Shown in pieces: positions 37,299-47,601 of a stretch of 64,000 nt of DNA (its first letter is position 1; every line of letters begins with the position of its first letter). A program made the translations under genes and the position numbers. Location of the stretch: the NCBI GenBank assembly GCA_964605735.1, contig CAZSDS010000001.1:70771-134770 (forward strand), in the 5' to 3' direction. A model generated the notes under the pieces. It saw only the letters and a list, made by a program, of their open reading frames with translations. It had not been told where the DNA came from and searched no databases. Source of the DNA: an uncultured Candidatus Saccharibacteria bacterium. GTDB taxonomy: Bacteria; Patescibacteriota; Doudnabacteria; UBA920; O2-02-FULL-48-8.

Positions 37299-38014
37299 AA
37301 GGAATAATTCTCTCCGGCGGAAGCGGCACCAGGCTGAGCCCGTTGACCAAAGTAACCAGCAAGCAGTTGTTGCCCGTCTATGACGAACCAATGATTTTTT
37401 ATCCTTTGAAGACATTGATCAAGGCGGGGATAAAGGACATTTTGGTTATTGTTGCCCCAGACCGGGCAGGAGATTATCTGCGGCTGCTTGGTTCTGGCAG
37501 GCAGTTTGGAGTAACTTTCACCTATGAAATTCAGGATAAGCCGGAGGGTCTTGCCCAAGCTTACATAATTGGCGAATCTTTTATTGGGGACGAAAGCGTT
37601 TGCATGATCCTCGGCGATAATATTTTCGAAAAAGATTTTAGTGAACGCATTAAAAACTTTAAATCAGGTGCGCAGATTTTTGCCAAAAAAGTTTTGGACC
37701 CGGAAAGGTTTGGCGTTGTGAAATTTGATGAAAACGGAGTTGCGGAACAAATAGTTGAGAAGCCACAGGAACATGTTTCAGATTACGCCATTACAGGATT
37801 GTATATTTTTGACAACCGAGTGGTTGAAGTTGCCAAAACTTTGAAACCGTCCGCCAGAGGTGAGCTGGAGATCACGGATATCCAGAAATGGTATTTGGAA
37901 AAAGGCGAACTCGCGGTGGAGGTTGTGGATGGCGATTGGATAGATGCCGGAACTTTTGAATCCCTGTTCCGCGCCGGCGAATTGGCGCGCAAAAAGAAAC
38001 TAAATTTGAAATAA
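37295..38014 (+). CDS. rfbA: Glucose-1-phosphate thymidylyltransferase (short form)
   Basis: GGSGTRL.PLT, SKQLLPVYD, SARGELEITD. Confidence 0.92.
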   Translation: MKGIILSGGSGTRLSPLTKVTSKQLLPVYDEPMIFYPLKTLIKAGIKDILVIVAPDRAGDYLRLLGSGRQFGVTFTYEIQDKPEGLAQAYIIGESFIGDESVCMILGDNIFEKDFSERIKNFKSGAQIFAKKVLDPERFGVVKFDENGVAEQIVEKPQEHVSDYAITGLYIFDNRVVEVAKTLKPSARGELEITDIQKWYLEKGELAVEVVDGDWIDAGTFESLFRAGELARKKKLNLK

Positions 38015-38030
38015 AAGTAACCAAAAACCC

Positions 38031-38933
38031 GTGCAAAATTACAAACACAAAATTACATCAGTCATTATTTCAACCGCCGCGACCTATTTTGGCTTCCAGG
38101 CCCTTGACCTGGCTTTGGACATTTACCAGGTCCATACATATTTTATCCTGTCCTGGTATGTCTTTGCGTTTCATGTTTTCTGGCTGGTATTCGTTTTTGA
38201 CCTCCATTACAAAACCGCGGGGAATCTGGCACACGCAAGAGTAGATTTTGCAGGCGCGCGGGTTTTTATTGAAGCCTTCAAAGCGAGAGTCCGGCACCTT
38301 TATCGCTGGGATTACGCGGGCAAATACCTTAATTATCTGATTCTGCCGGCAGTCATGTACTGGAGCGTGGTTGTATTGATGTTCCTCAATCCTTTTCATG
38401 AACTGTTTAAGGACGGGTTGATTATTGTTTCGACTGCGGCAATGTCAGTGGCGTACTGGTATTTTAAAGATTCATTCAGCAAGCATATGGAAATTGTTCA
38501 GACTGGTTTAAAAGTGCTTGGTTTGGTGAAACTGTTCGCCGCGTATCTTGCGTTTTCCGCAATTACAGCAGTTGGCTGGTATTATGGCTGGTCAGTTGTT
38601 TGGGTCATGCCTTTGGTGTTGTTGGCGACCTGGCTTCTGGTTTACCAAGCTACTTACCAACACAGGTATTATCTGCAGTCAGGTATTGGAGGGTATGTTG
38701 CCTTAATTGCGGTGCTGGTGACCTTGGTTTTTAGCGTGGTCTATTTGAAATGGAATCAAAATTACTATTCTGCCGGTTTGATTTCTGCTGTTGTTTACAC
38801 AGCATGTTGGGAAATTTTTCACAAACATTTGGACAAAGCTTTGACGCGCAGGATGTTCTGGGAATATGTTCTAATGTTGGTTGTGTTAATTTCATTTATA
38901 CTTTCGACCCACGATTTCCAGGGGCGGATTTAA
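38031..38933 (+). CDS. Polytopic membrane protein
   Basis: Multiple TM helices; no assigned function. Confidence 0.7.
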   Translation: MQNYKHKITSVIISTAATYFGFQALDLALDIYQVHTYFILSWYVFAFHVFWLVFVFDLHYKTAGNLAHARVDFAGARVFIEAFKARVRHLYRWDYAGKYLNYLILPAVMYWSVVVLMFLNPFHELFKDGLIIVSTAAMSVAYWYFKDSFSKHMEIVQTGLKVLGLVKLFAAYLAFSAITAVGWYYGWSVVWVMPLVLLATWLLVYQATYQHRYYLQSGIGGYVALIAVLVTLVFSVVYLKWNQNYYSAGLISAVVYTACWEIFHKHLDKALTRRMFWEYVLMLVVLISFILSTHDFQGRI

Positions 38934-38983
38934 GGGAAACCAAAAACTCTCTCAGTGACAGAGAGTTTTTGGTTTGTTTTAGA

Positions 38984-39955
38984 CTAAATCCACAAAGTCA
39001 GGAAATTCACCAAGGCAATCAGGACCAGCATCAAGGAATGCGGGCTGGCCGCAATGGTCTGTCTTTGAACTCTTGCCCTATGGACGATGAACGAGTCAAG
39101 TGCCAACAAAAGTGTATATGCTCCGGCAAAACCTCCAACCAACACTTTCATGGACACAAGCCCTGGGGAAGAACTTGTGTTTGCCACCGGAAGGCTGGTG
39201 ACCAGGCTGTCAGTTTGATCCGGGGGTACAGTTAAAGGTATATCGGGTTCAATTGGGCCGGAGGATGTGTCTGCTTGCGCAGGAATTGGAGCGGAATCAG
39301 CTTTAGGCGTATCAGATGTTTCTGAACCGCTTACAACCGGAGTTGTTTCGTCAGAGGTGTCCTTTGGGTTTGCCGCGACAGGTGCCGGTGGCGGATTTGG
39401 GTTTGTTTTTTTCAATAATGATCCGAACAGGTTTGTCACCAGATATGTGTTGCGGTTGCCTTCAAATTCACCATACAAGGCAGCCATGCCCTGGTCTTCA
39501 AATTTTTCATTAAGAATGTTGGCGCGGTGTCCCGGGCTGTTCATCCAAGCCTTCACGATTGATTCAGCTGAAGTAAAGTCAATTGCCAGGTTTTCTCCCA
39601 GGGCTTTGTAGGGTTTGTAACCTTGCTCTTCAATAACTGGCCAGACATAATCACCATCAGGGTTTACGTGCGCAAAGTAATCGCGATCAATCATATCTTG
39701 GGATTTGATCTCCGCCGCTGACATAAGCTTGCTGTTCATGACCAGAGCAGGAAGGAGGCGCTGTGTCCGTTCCTGATTTATCCGGTTCATCAAATCCTGG
39801 GCATCCAGACCAGGAGCGCTGATTGCTATATACGAAGGCAGAAACAAACGCAAAGCCCACAACGATATAATAAAGCAGGCCATTGCGGTTTTGGACAAAA
39901 TCCAAGGCTGGTAATGGTTTTCAGGGGAAGCGATAAGATAGTATTTTAGTTTCAT
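38984..39955 (-). CDS. CAP domain protein with a Pro/Ser linker and C-terminal TM helices
   Basis: KSQDM..YFAH, GENLA, WMNSPGHRANIL. Confidence 0.88.
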   Translation of the reverse strand: MKLKYYLIASPENHYQPWILSKTAMACFIISLWALRLFLPSYIAISAPGLDAQDLMNRINQERTQRLLPALVMNSKLMSAAEIKSQDMIDRDYFAHVNPDGDYVWPVIEEQGYKPYKALGENLAIDFTSAESIVKAWMNSPGHRANILNEKFEDQGMAALYGEFEGNRNTYLVTNLFGSLLKKTNPNPPPAPVAANPKDTSDETTPVVSGSETSDTPKADSAPIPAQADTSSGPIEPDIPLTVPPDQTDSLVTSLPVANTSSSPGLVSMKVLVGGFAGAYTLLLALDSFIVHRARVQRQTIAASPHSLMLVLIALVNFLTLWI

Positions 39956-40110
39956 TTCTGTGGTTTTTCTATGAATATTCTACCTTAATCCGGCAGAAAA
40001 ATCCACTTTTCAAGGCTATTTTCATTAAAAAAGCCCTGTAAACAAGGCACAATATTGACATTTTAGCGATTTTATGATATTATTGTCGGTTCTAAAATAT
40101 CCATATCTAT

Positions 40111-41376
40111 ATGACAGAAGAGTTTTTCCAGTCAGAAATTCATAGATTGCTGAAACTGGGTCCGGATTTGAGCAAGCCTTATAATCCGCCAGTTGAAAAA
40201 CCTGAGCCAACTGAGGCCGATTTTATGTTTTCCCAAAACTCTGAAAGCGGTTCAAGTATTTCTGGTGCGCCTATGAATTTGCCTGTTATGGAAAATTCTC
40301 AATCTCCAGATGATATTGTCCCAAAATTTTCTTCAAACGGACAGTCTGCCAGCGGAGCCCTCGAATTTAAAACAGCTCCGGATGAAATCAAGGAGCATAT
40401 ACAAGAAAGGGCAGCAGATATTTCTGCCAAAGCTTCCACTGCGGTTAAATCCGCTAAGCAGTGGTCAGGCTTGCTGGTGTATCCATTAGTCTTTGTTGTG
40501 GCATTTGGATTCTTTTATGTGGTTTTGAACTTTAACGCTTTGATGCTTCAGATTGGTAGTTGGTTCGCAAAGGATGAGAGCGAAGTTATTTTGCAGGAAG
40601 ATTTGGAAGCTTATCAGCAATGGATCAATGGGTATTTTTTTGCGGTGGGCGACAAGGAAAAACTTGAGCCTAACCATGATATAGATACTGACGGCCTTAC
40701 CAACCTGGATGAATTCATCATCAAAACCAACCCAACTTTGTCTGACTCTGATTCTGATGGAATCAGCGACGGCATAGAAGTGATTAACGGCACAAACCCT
40801 TGGGGTACTGGCAAGATGAGCGCAAAACAGCAGAAAACCCTGGAGAAAGTTGATTTGATTAAAATCAACAATAGGATCAGCTTTAATGCCGCTTCCAAAA
40901 ATCTGGCAGACCTTAGCCACACGCAAAACTTTGATATGACAAAGCCTGGACGCTTATCAATACCTAAGCTTAACCTGCAGGTGCCGATTATCTGGACCGA
41001 AGACCCGGTACAGTTTGACCAGGACCTGACCCGTGGAGTTGTACATTACCCAGGCACTGCCTTGCCGGGCGAACGCGGAACAGTTTACATTTCCGGCCAC
41101 TCTTCGGATTACTTCTGGAAAAGCCATCCATACAAACAGGTATTTGCGCGAATCAATGCTTTGGAGCCGGGTGATGATATCTTTGTTGATGTGTACGGAA
41201 TTGATGGCAAAATCTATAATTACAAATACCGAGTGACTTCAGAAACCATTTACGCACCTGATGATCAGGCGCAGTTTATCGACAACACCCAGGCTAAGTT
41301 GAATCTTTCTACTTGCTGGCCGATTGGTACCCAGAAGGACAGGTACGTGGTCAGTGCGGTCCTGGAAAAACTGTAA
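40111..41376 (+). CDS. Sortase with DxDxDG calcium-binding repeats
   Basis: TM; DIDTDGLTN, DSDSDGISD; ISGHS, LSTC, KDR catalytic His/Cys/Arg. Confidence 0.88.
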   Translation: MTEEFFQSEIHRLLKLGPDLSKPYNPPVEKPEPTEADFMFSQNSESGSSISGAPMNLPVMENSQSPDDIVPKFSSNGQSASGALEFKTAPDEIKEHIQERAADISAKASTAVKSAKQWSGLLVYPLVFVVAFGFFYVVLNFNALMLQIGSWFAKDESEVILQEDLEAYQQWINGYFFAVGDKEKLEPNHDIDTDGLTNLDEFIIKTNPTLSDSDSDGISDGIEVINGTNPWGTGKMSAKQQKTLEKVDLIKINNRISFNAASKNLADLSHTQNFDMTKPGRLSIPKLNLQVPIIWTEDPVQFDQDLTRGVVHYPGTALPGERGTVYISGHSSDYFWKSHPYKQVFARINALEPGDDIFVDVYGIDGKIYNYKYRVTSETIYAPDDQAQFIDNTQAKLNLSTCWPIGTQKDRYVVSAVLEKL

Positions 41377-41553
41377 ATTCCCGTTAAAGAAGCAAAAAAA
41401 CAGCCAAATTCAGGCTGTTTTTTGCTTAGGTTTTTGTTTAAAATACCTCAATTTTTGGGGTTTTTGCTCAGGTTTATTGGTTATTTGGTGCAGTTGTGCT
41501 GTAACCCGGGGGAAATTATGCTAAAAACCGGCCTAATTGGCAGGCCAGAAGCC

Positions 41554-41582
41554 TTGACTTTTCGCCGTTTTTCACATATAAT
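41554..41582 (+). promoter_or_regulatory. sigma70 promoter
   Basis: TTGACT-17-TATAAT. Confidence 0.7.
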
Positions 41583-41706
41583 CGTGTGTTAATCTGTTAG
41601 CTCAGGTTAGCCGTTTGCTTACGCAGGCGCAGCACTTTTTACGGTTATATATAGTTCTGGTTCACGAAACAACTGCGGCTCACAGTCATGAATAAGGGAG
41701 GTCGGG

Positions 41707-42954
41707 ATGAAGACGATCGTGGTAAGGCTTTTCGTGTTGATGCTGCTGAGCAGCATCGCGGTGCCAGTCTGGGCTCAGGAAAAGATAGAGCGCGACGACC
41801 AACAGAAGTCGCAGGCTGCGGCGCCCGCGCAAAGCGAGTTGCCGCATCCCTGGCCCCAAATGAGCGTGTTCGACTGGAACAGTCCAGGCCTGAACCCGCT
41901 GATCAAGACTTCGGATATTCCCGGCTTTGGCAAGGGGAACAAAGAAGTCGACTACCAGATCATGCAATCGGTGGCGCTTTGCGACGAGCGATTCAAGGAA
42001 GAGTGCGAACTTTTCCGGCAGGGACTCGTCGGTCTGAATCGTGGTGAAGAATTCGATCCTGAGACTATGAAGGAAATTCTCGCCATGTTTCAATACCGCG
42101 ACTTCGATGAAGTCGTGCTGCAGCCGGGTCAGGAGCTGTATGGTCCCATGGCCTTCGGAGGCGGTAAGTCGCCGAAAGGCGAGACTATCGTCCAGATCTG
42201 GGGAAGGGCCAAGCCGCTGCATCCGGTTGAGGCCTACGTCACCCGTCCGTTCCGCCCGCGAAGAGGTGTCTGGTCCGGGCTGAACATTGTTCTCGTCATT
42301 CCCAAGGTCTGCTTCAACGTTGCGATCGATCTTCGGCCGTACGTGGAAGAGACCCAAGTGGTTGCTGAATTGCCCAAGGAACCTTCAGTTGGTCTTTTCA
42401 CCCCACGGGGAAGGGTCGAGGTCTTCAAGACCTGGCTCGATCCTGACGGCGAAGAGACCAGGGTTCCTAACGACGGCATTCCGCTTGTATTCGAAGCCCG
42501 GCCTCTGGACGGCGGCACCCCGATTCGCGTCACTTCGTTCGACCGCAGGACTGCGGTCATCGAGGGGCTCGAGCTCGGCAAGCGCTACATCATCCGAGAA
42601 GAGTACAACTCTGACAGATGGGAAGTGCAAGGTCCGCCTGAGGTTGAAATTCAGGTGGGTGAGCAGAACCAGCCGATTCGCTTCGACAATGTGCAGGTTT
42701 CAAGGCGCGGTGGCGCTCCTTTGGGAGCCGCGCGCTTCAGCGACGACAGGTCGCACTGGGACAAGCACAAGTGGATCTACATCGGTTTGGGTGCGGTCGC
42801 AGCCGGAACAGCCATCGCTCTGACGAGAGGTGGGAAAGAAGAGATCAACGTCTACAACAAGGGCGGCGTGAACAATCCGGGCGGCAGTCCGGCGTCAACA
42901 GCGCCAGTCGGCAGCCGTGGGTTTACAGTCGGGTTCAGCATCGGTATCCGCTGA
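41707..42954 (+). CDS. Secreted GC-rich hypothetical protein with an Ig/CnaB-like domain and near-C-terminal TM
   Basis: SD GGGAGG; signal peptide (VWA-Q); IEGLELGKRYIIREE; WIYIGLGAVAAGTAIAL. Confidence 0.75.
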   Translation: MKTIVVRLFVLMLLSSIAVPVWAQEKIERDDQQKSQAAAPAQSELPHPWPQMSVFDWNSPGLNPLIKTSDIPGFGKGNKEVDYQIMQSVALCDERFKEECELFRQGLVGLNRGEEFDPETMKEILAMFQYRDFDEVVLQPGQELYGPMAFGGGKSPKGETIVQIWGRAKPLHPVEAYVTRPFRPRRGVWSGLNIVLVIPKVCFNVAIDLRPYVEETQVVAELPKEPSVGLFTPRGRVEVFKTWLDPDGEETRVPNDGIPLVFEARPLDGGTPIRVTSFDRRTAVIEGLELGKRYIIREEYNSDRWEVQGPPEVEIQVGEQNQPIRFDNVQVSRRGGAPLGAARFSDDRSHWDKHKWIYIGLGAVAAGTAIALTRGGKEEINVYNKGGVNNPGGSPASTAPVGSRGFTVGFSIGIR

Positions 42955-43168
42955 GCTTCGGCGGCTGTGTTCAATATCTGCGCAAGCAGGTAACGAATCA
43001 GTACACCGTGGGGGCGAAGAAGAAATTCTTCGTTCCCCACATATTTTTAAAAATACGAGTCTAAGAAAATATTGTGGGAGAATATTTTTTTGGACTGGTA
43101 ACAGGAACAGGCCAATCTTAATTTATTTATTATTTTTTTCTGCACAAAGCAGAGAGGAGTCAGATCAT

Positions 43169-45556
43169 ATGAAATTTGTGACCAAGGTCACACAGTCAGG
43201 GATCGCTAGAGCTATGGCTTCTGCTTTGGTATTGGCATTCGTTGTGTCCAGTACCGGGTTGATCATGGCTGATTGGGGTCCGGCACGACGTGATGTTTCT
43301 GTTCGAATCTACAACGGCGAGCCTTCCACGAACAACGGCGTGGCTGGGGCTTCCGTTAAGTTCGTTGCTCATGACAGCGCTAATCCGGATAACGGCGTAA
43401 CCGTTACCACAAATGACGCAGGTGAGTACGAAGTCAGCTTGTTTCAGGGTGGATACACAATTGAAGTGAGCCATCCGGATTTTTATTCAGAAAGCATGGA
43501 GATCAACGTTGTTGGTCATCTTAATGCTGACATTTCTTTACTGCCAAAGGATACGCCTCAGGCTCCGGAAGAACCTCAGACAGGAGACAATTGTTTCCCT
43601 GTTCCGCCACGCGGCCAGGCTTTGCTGAACATTTGGCCTATCTCAGAAAGCGGCAATCCATGCACTGACTACCCTCTGCTTGCAGGGAAGAATGTAACCC
43701 GCAACACCGATTACCAGCACGGTGCAACAATCTCTGCCGGTGAAAATGATGTTTTGCGCTTCCGCTTGTATGTGCACAACGGCACTATGGACTTCCCGGA
43801 AAATGTTGCACATAATGTGGTGGCAAAAGCCAGCCTTCCAGACACTCGAGGTTCAGCAACCATAGCCGCTGAAGCTTGGGCAAATGATGCTGTTCGAATT
43901 TTCTCCCATGAAAAGGGCGGTAATTTGAACGTTTCAATGGGTTCTGGCGAATTCCTTGAATTTATTTCCGGTTCTACAAAAGTTTTCTCCCGCGGCCCGG
44001 TTGAAATCGGCGGCGGTTCAGATTCTGTTGTAACCTCAGGCCAGTCCTTGGGTGATATGCGCGGATGCTACGAATTTTTGCGATTCGTGACCTTTGAAGC
44101 GCGAGTGAAAAAGGACGTTCCAACGCCTCCTCCTCCAGGACCTACACCTCCACCACCAGCACCGACTCCAACTCCAGTTCCGCCTCCACCGGCGCCAACA
44201 CCGGTCCCACCTCCACCAGCACCGACTCCAACCATCAACTTGGAGAAGGTTGTCCGTAATGTTTCAGACAATCAGGCGAATTTTGTTAAAACCACAAACG
44301 CTGATCCAGGTGAACAGGTTGAGTTCCAGCTGCGCGTAACCGCAGAACACACGGTCCATAACATCAAGATTTCTGACGTGTTGCCGGATCGGTTGGCTTA
44401 CGTCACCAATTCCTTGAGAATTGAAGGCGAAGCTGCAGGCAATGACTTGAGCAATATTTTGGTCGGCACATTGACTTCCTCTTCAAAAAACGTGACCTTC
44501 CGTGCAACGGTTGCAGGTGCGTCATCATTCACTGTTGGTTCAACGACTTTGACCAACACTGCAAATCTGACCTCAAGCGCAGGTTCAGATTCAGATGTTG
44601 CCCACGTGGTTGTAACCAAGCAGGTAACACCACCGCCAGCACAACAGCCTGTTCTGAAGATTGAAAAGACAGTCCGAAACGTTTCTCAAAACGCCAATGC
44701 TTCTTTCGTTGAAACCGCAACCGCCAAAAACGGGGAAGTCGTGGAGTTCAGGATTGTGGTCAGCAACACTGGCAATGCAAGCGCTAATGATGTGAAATTG
44801 ACCGACAATTTGCCTGGTTTGTTGGTTCTGGACCAAAGCTCCGTCAGGCTTGATGGTGCCTCAGTGTCCGGAAACCTGTTTGCTTCTCCAGGCATCAGCT
44901 TGGGTAATCTTTCAGTTAACCAGTCCAGGACCGTGACCTTCAAAGCAAAAGCCCAGTCCGTGGCTGTCCAGCAAACTGCAACCAACGTTGCGATTGCAAA
45001 CTCATCCAATGCCGGTTCTGTCAGCGATTCAGCCCAGGTAATTATCGTTCCACCGCCAGCAGTCCCTAATGTTGAGCTCTCGAAGAAAGCTCATAACGTA
45101 ACCCAAAACAAGGACGCAACCAAAGTAACTGCCAAAGCAGGTGACGTAATCAAATACACCTTGATTGCCAAGAACGTCGGCACAGTCACTGTTCCTAACT
45201 TTGTTGTTCAGGACAACATTGCAGATATCTTGCAGCTTGCTGACATCACAGATTTCGGCGGCGCAACTCTGGATGCAAATTCAAAGGTTTTGACCTGGCC
45301 GGCATTCAACATTCCCGTTAACACCCATCTTGAAAGAACCTTCACTGTCCGCGTCAAAAATCCGGTCCCTACAGGCACTGATTACATCATGACCAATATT
45401 TATGGTAACAAGGTTGAAGTGCCGGTTGAAAAGCCGTTCGTAGCTCCTCCTACAGGCACTGCTTCAACAATCAGCTTGGTTTTGGCTTCCGTATCCGTAG
45501 TCGGCTACTTCTTCTACCGCCGCTACCAGACTTCCAAAGCCGGAATGATCGCTTAA
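43169..45556 (+). CDS. Surface protein with carboxypeptidase-regulatory-like and three DUF11 domains; sortase substrate
   Basis: SD GAGGAG; TNDAGEY; three (L/I).K...N...A..G....F/Y repeats; APPTG + TM + RR tail. Confidence 0.85.
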   Translation: MKFVTKVTQSGIARAMASALVLAFVVSSTGLIMADWGPARRDVSVRIYNGEPSTNNGVAGASVKFVAHDSANPDNGVTVTTNDAGEYEVSLFQGGYTIEVSHPDFYSESMEINVVGHLNADISLLPKDTPQAPEEPQTGDNCFPVPPRGQALLNIWPISESGNPCTDYPLLAGKNVTRNTDYQHGATISAGENDVLRFRLYVHNGTMDFPENVAHNVVAKASLPDTRGSATIAAEAWANDAVRIFSHEKGGNLNVSMGSGEFLEFISGSTKVFSRGPVEIGGGSDSVVTSGQSLGDMRGCYEFLRFVTFEARVKKDVPTPPPPGPTPPPPAPTPTPVPPPPAPTPVPPPPAPTPTINLEKVVRNVSDNQANFVKTTNADPGEQVEFQLRVTAEHTVHNIKISDVLPDRLAYVTNSLRIEGEAAGNDLSNILVGTLTSSSKNVTFRATVAGASSFTVGSTTLTNTANLTSSAGSDSDVAHVVVTKQVTPPPAQQPVLKIEKTVRNVSQNANASFVETATAKNGEVVEFRIVVSNTGNASANDVKLTDNLPGLLVLDQSSVRLDGASVSGNLFASPGISLGNLSVNQSRTVTFKAKAQSVAVQQTATNVAIANSSNAGSVSDSAQVIIVPPPAVPNVELSKKAHNVTQNKDATKVTAKAGDVIKYTLIAKNVGTVTVPNFVVQDNIADILQLADITDFGGATLDANSKVLTWPAFNIPVNTHLERTFTVRVKNPVPTGTDYIMTNIYGNKVEVPVEKPFVAPPTGTASTISLVLASVSVVGYFFYRRYQTSKAGMIA
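44120..44232 (+). repeat. Pro/Thr-rich coding repeat (PPPPAPTP)n
   Basis: PTPPPPGPTPPPPAPTPTPVPPPPAPTPVPPPPAPTPT linker. Confidence 0.85.
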
Positions 45557-45583
45557 TCATTAAACAGTAATTTAAGTAAATCT

Positions 45584-46225
45584 ATGGCAAGAAAAACAAT
45601 TATTACTGTCATCGTTCTTCTGGGAATTCTGGCCCTCTTATTCTGGTACCAGCAAAGCCGCGAAGAAGATAACAGCTCAGAGAACACCGAACTTTCAGTT
45701 TCCGTGTTCAACACCACCAAAAACGCTGATGCCACCACAGTCACGGCATCACCAGAGGACAATTTGACTTACACTCTGACTGTCCGCAACACTGGCGATG
45801 AAACCATTTCCGGTTATGTGGTGGAAACCAATATCAGTGATTTGAGCGAATTGGCGGTTTTGACCGACGCGCAGGGCGCAAATTACAACGCCAGCACCAA
45901 TTCTTTGATGTGGACCCCGTTGGATATTCCGGTAAACGGCTCAATCGAAAAGCAGTTTACTGTCCGGGTCAAACCAACTTTGCCGACAGACTCAGATTTG
46001 ATGATGTCAGTGACATTCAATAACGAAGTTATTGTCTCAGTTGCCCCGGCAGTTGCGGCTAATCCAACACCAACTCCATCTCAGACGCCAACTCAGACTC
46101 CGGCCCAGCCTCCATACAAGGCTCCAACCACCGGCCCATCAATGTGGTTTGCGTTTATCCTGGCAGTGACATTCACATTAGGAGTGTTGCTGTTCAGAGC
46201 CTCAAAACGCATCAGCGCAGAGTAA
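45584..46225 (+). CDS. Single-DUF11 protein with an N-terminal anchor and a C-terminal sorting signal
   Basis: Paralogous to the last DUF11 domain of the upstream gene; APTTG + TM + RASKR. Confidence 0.82.
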   Translation: MARKTIITVIVLLGILALLFWYQQSREEDNSSENTELSVSVFNTTKNADATTVTASPEDNLTYTLTVRNTGDETISGYVVETNISDLSELAVLTDAQGANYNASTNSLMWTPLDIPVNGSIEKQFTVRVKPTLPTDSDLMMSVTFNNEVIVSVAPAVAANPTPTPSQTPTQTPAQPPYKAPTTGPSMWFAFILAVTFTLGVLLFRASKRISAE

Positions 46226-46428
46226 TACTTTTGGGGATAACTCAAATAGAATAAAAAATATAGGTCAGGGTAAGTGCTTAAATTAAAGCATTTACCCTGA
46301 TTTTGTTTTGTACTTGTAACATGGTTTTTTATTGCCTATGATTAAAGCAAAACAAAGCACCAAAACCAAAGGACCGATGCCCGTCGGTTTTTATTGTAAG
46401 AAAAGTAATTTGGTTTTTATGCAATCAC

Positions 46429-47538
46429 ATGTCACACCTTCCATACATAGCCGAAACTGAAAAATTGCTTGCGGAAAACAACAAGCAGATTTTAAAAATA
46501 GGCGAACTGGGTCCGTACTTGTCTGACCTCCAGGTAGATGGCGGCTTCGCTCCTTCTGGGAATCCGAAAATTTTGGTTACCGGCGGCGCAGGATATATTG
46601 GTTCACACACGGTAAAGGAACTGGTTGGCCGAGGCCATAGAGTTCTGGTTTTGGATAACCTTTCGTCAGGGCATGATCAGGCAATTGACGTTCAACTTGT
46701 CAATGTGGACCTTCTGGATGAAAACTCATTGAATTTTGTGTTTACGGAGCACAATATCACTGCCGTGGTCCACTTTGCCGGATCTATCAGAGTGGATGAA
46801 TCCGTAAAAGAACCGGACAAATATTTCCGTAACAATGTTGTCGCAACTTTGAACCTTGTCAACGCCATGCTCAAGCATGGTGTAAAGAAATTGGTGTATT
46901 CATCTTCAGCCGCTGTTTACGGGAACCCTGCCCGCATACCAATTAATGAAGAAGATGAGTGTGTGCCAACTAACCCCTACGGAGAGTCAAAATTGCTGGT
47001 TGAGAAAATTATCAGGAATTATCATGTTCAGCATGGCTTATCCGCAGTGGCTTTGCGCTATTTTAATGCCGCAGGCGCTGCTTTGGACGCAAGCATAGGG
47101 GAGAACCATCCGGTTGAAACCCACATCATTCCAAAAATACTTGATGTCGTCTTGAGGAAAGAAGAGTCATTTAAGGTTTTTGGGAAGGATTACCCGACGC
47201 GCGACGGCACAGCTGTCCGCGACTATGTCCACGTGCAGGATTTGGCCGCTGTCCACGCTCTCGCTCTGGAAAAAATTGAGAAGGAGCCGGGTTTATATAC
47301 GTACAACGTCGGGACAGGAAAGGGTTATTCCATACACCAGGTCATCCAGGAAGTTTTGGAAGTTACCAGGAAAATGATTATTTGCGACCCACAGCCCAGG
47401 CGCGAGGGCGATCCCGCCATTCTGGTGGCAGATCCCACTAAACTTAAGAATGAATTGGGTTATGAGCTGAAGTATTCAGACATGAACACGATAATCAAAA
47501 CCGCCTGGGAGTGGCACAAAAAGCTTAGCCAGAAATAA
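46429..47538 (+). CDS. galE: UDP-glucose 4-epimerase
   Basis: GGAGYIGSH, SSSAAVYG, YGESK, LRYFNAAGA, RDYVHV. Confidence 0.93.
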   Translation: MSHLPYIAETEKLLAENNKQILKIGELGPYLSDLQVDGGFAPSGNPKILVTGGAGYIGSHTVKELVGRGHRVLVLDNLSSGHDQAIDVQLVNVDLLDENSLNFVFTEHNITAVVHFAGSIRVDESVKEPDKYFRNNVVATLNLVNAMLKHGVKKLVYSSSAAVYGNPARIPINEEDECVPTNPYGESKLLVEKIIRNYHVQHGLSAVALRYFNAAGAALDASIGENHPVETHIIPKILDVVLRKEESFKVFGKDYPTRDGTAVRDYVHVQDLAAVHALALEKIEKEPGLYTYNVGTGKGYSIHQVIQEVLEVTRKMIICDPQPRREGDPAILVADPTKLKNELGYELKYSDMNTIIKTAWEWHKKLSQK

Positions 47539-47601
47539 TTTTGATATTAAAGCCGTTTGTGGTATAATAAATTCAAATATTAAAACAACCTGAAACCAAA
47601 A

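Noticed and set aside
42917-43168. N-terminal extension of the 879-aa ORF
   Set aside because: Crosses the previous gene end and a terminator; SD plus ATG at 43169 gives a plausible signal peptide
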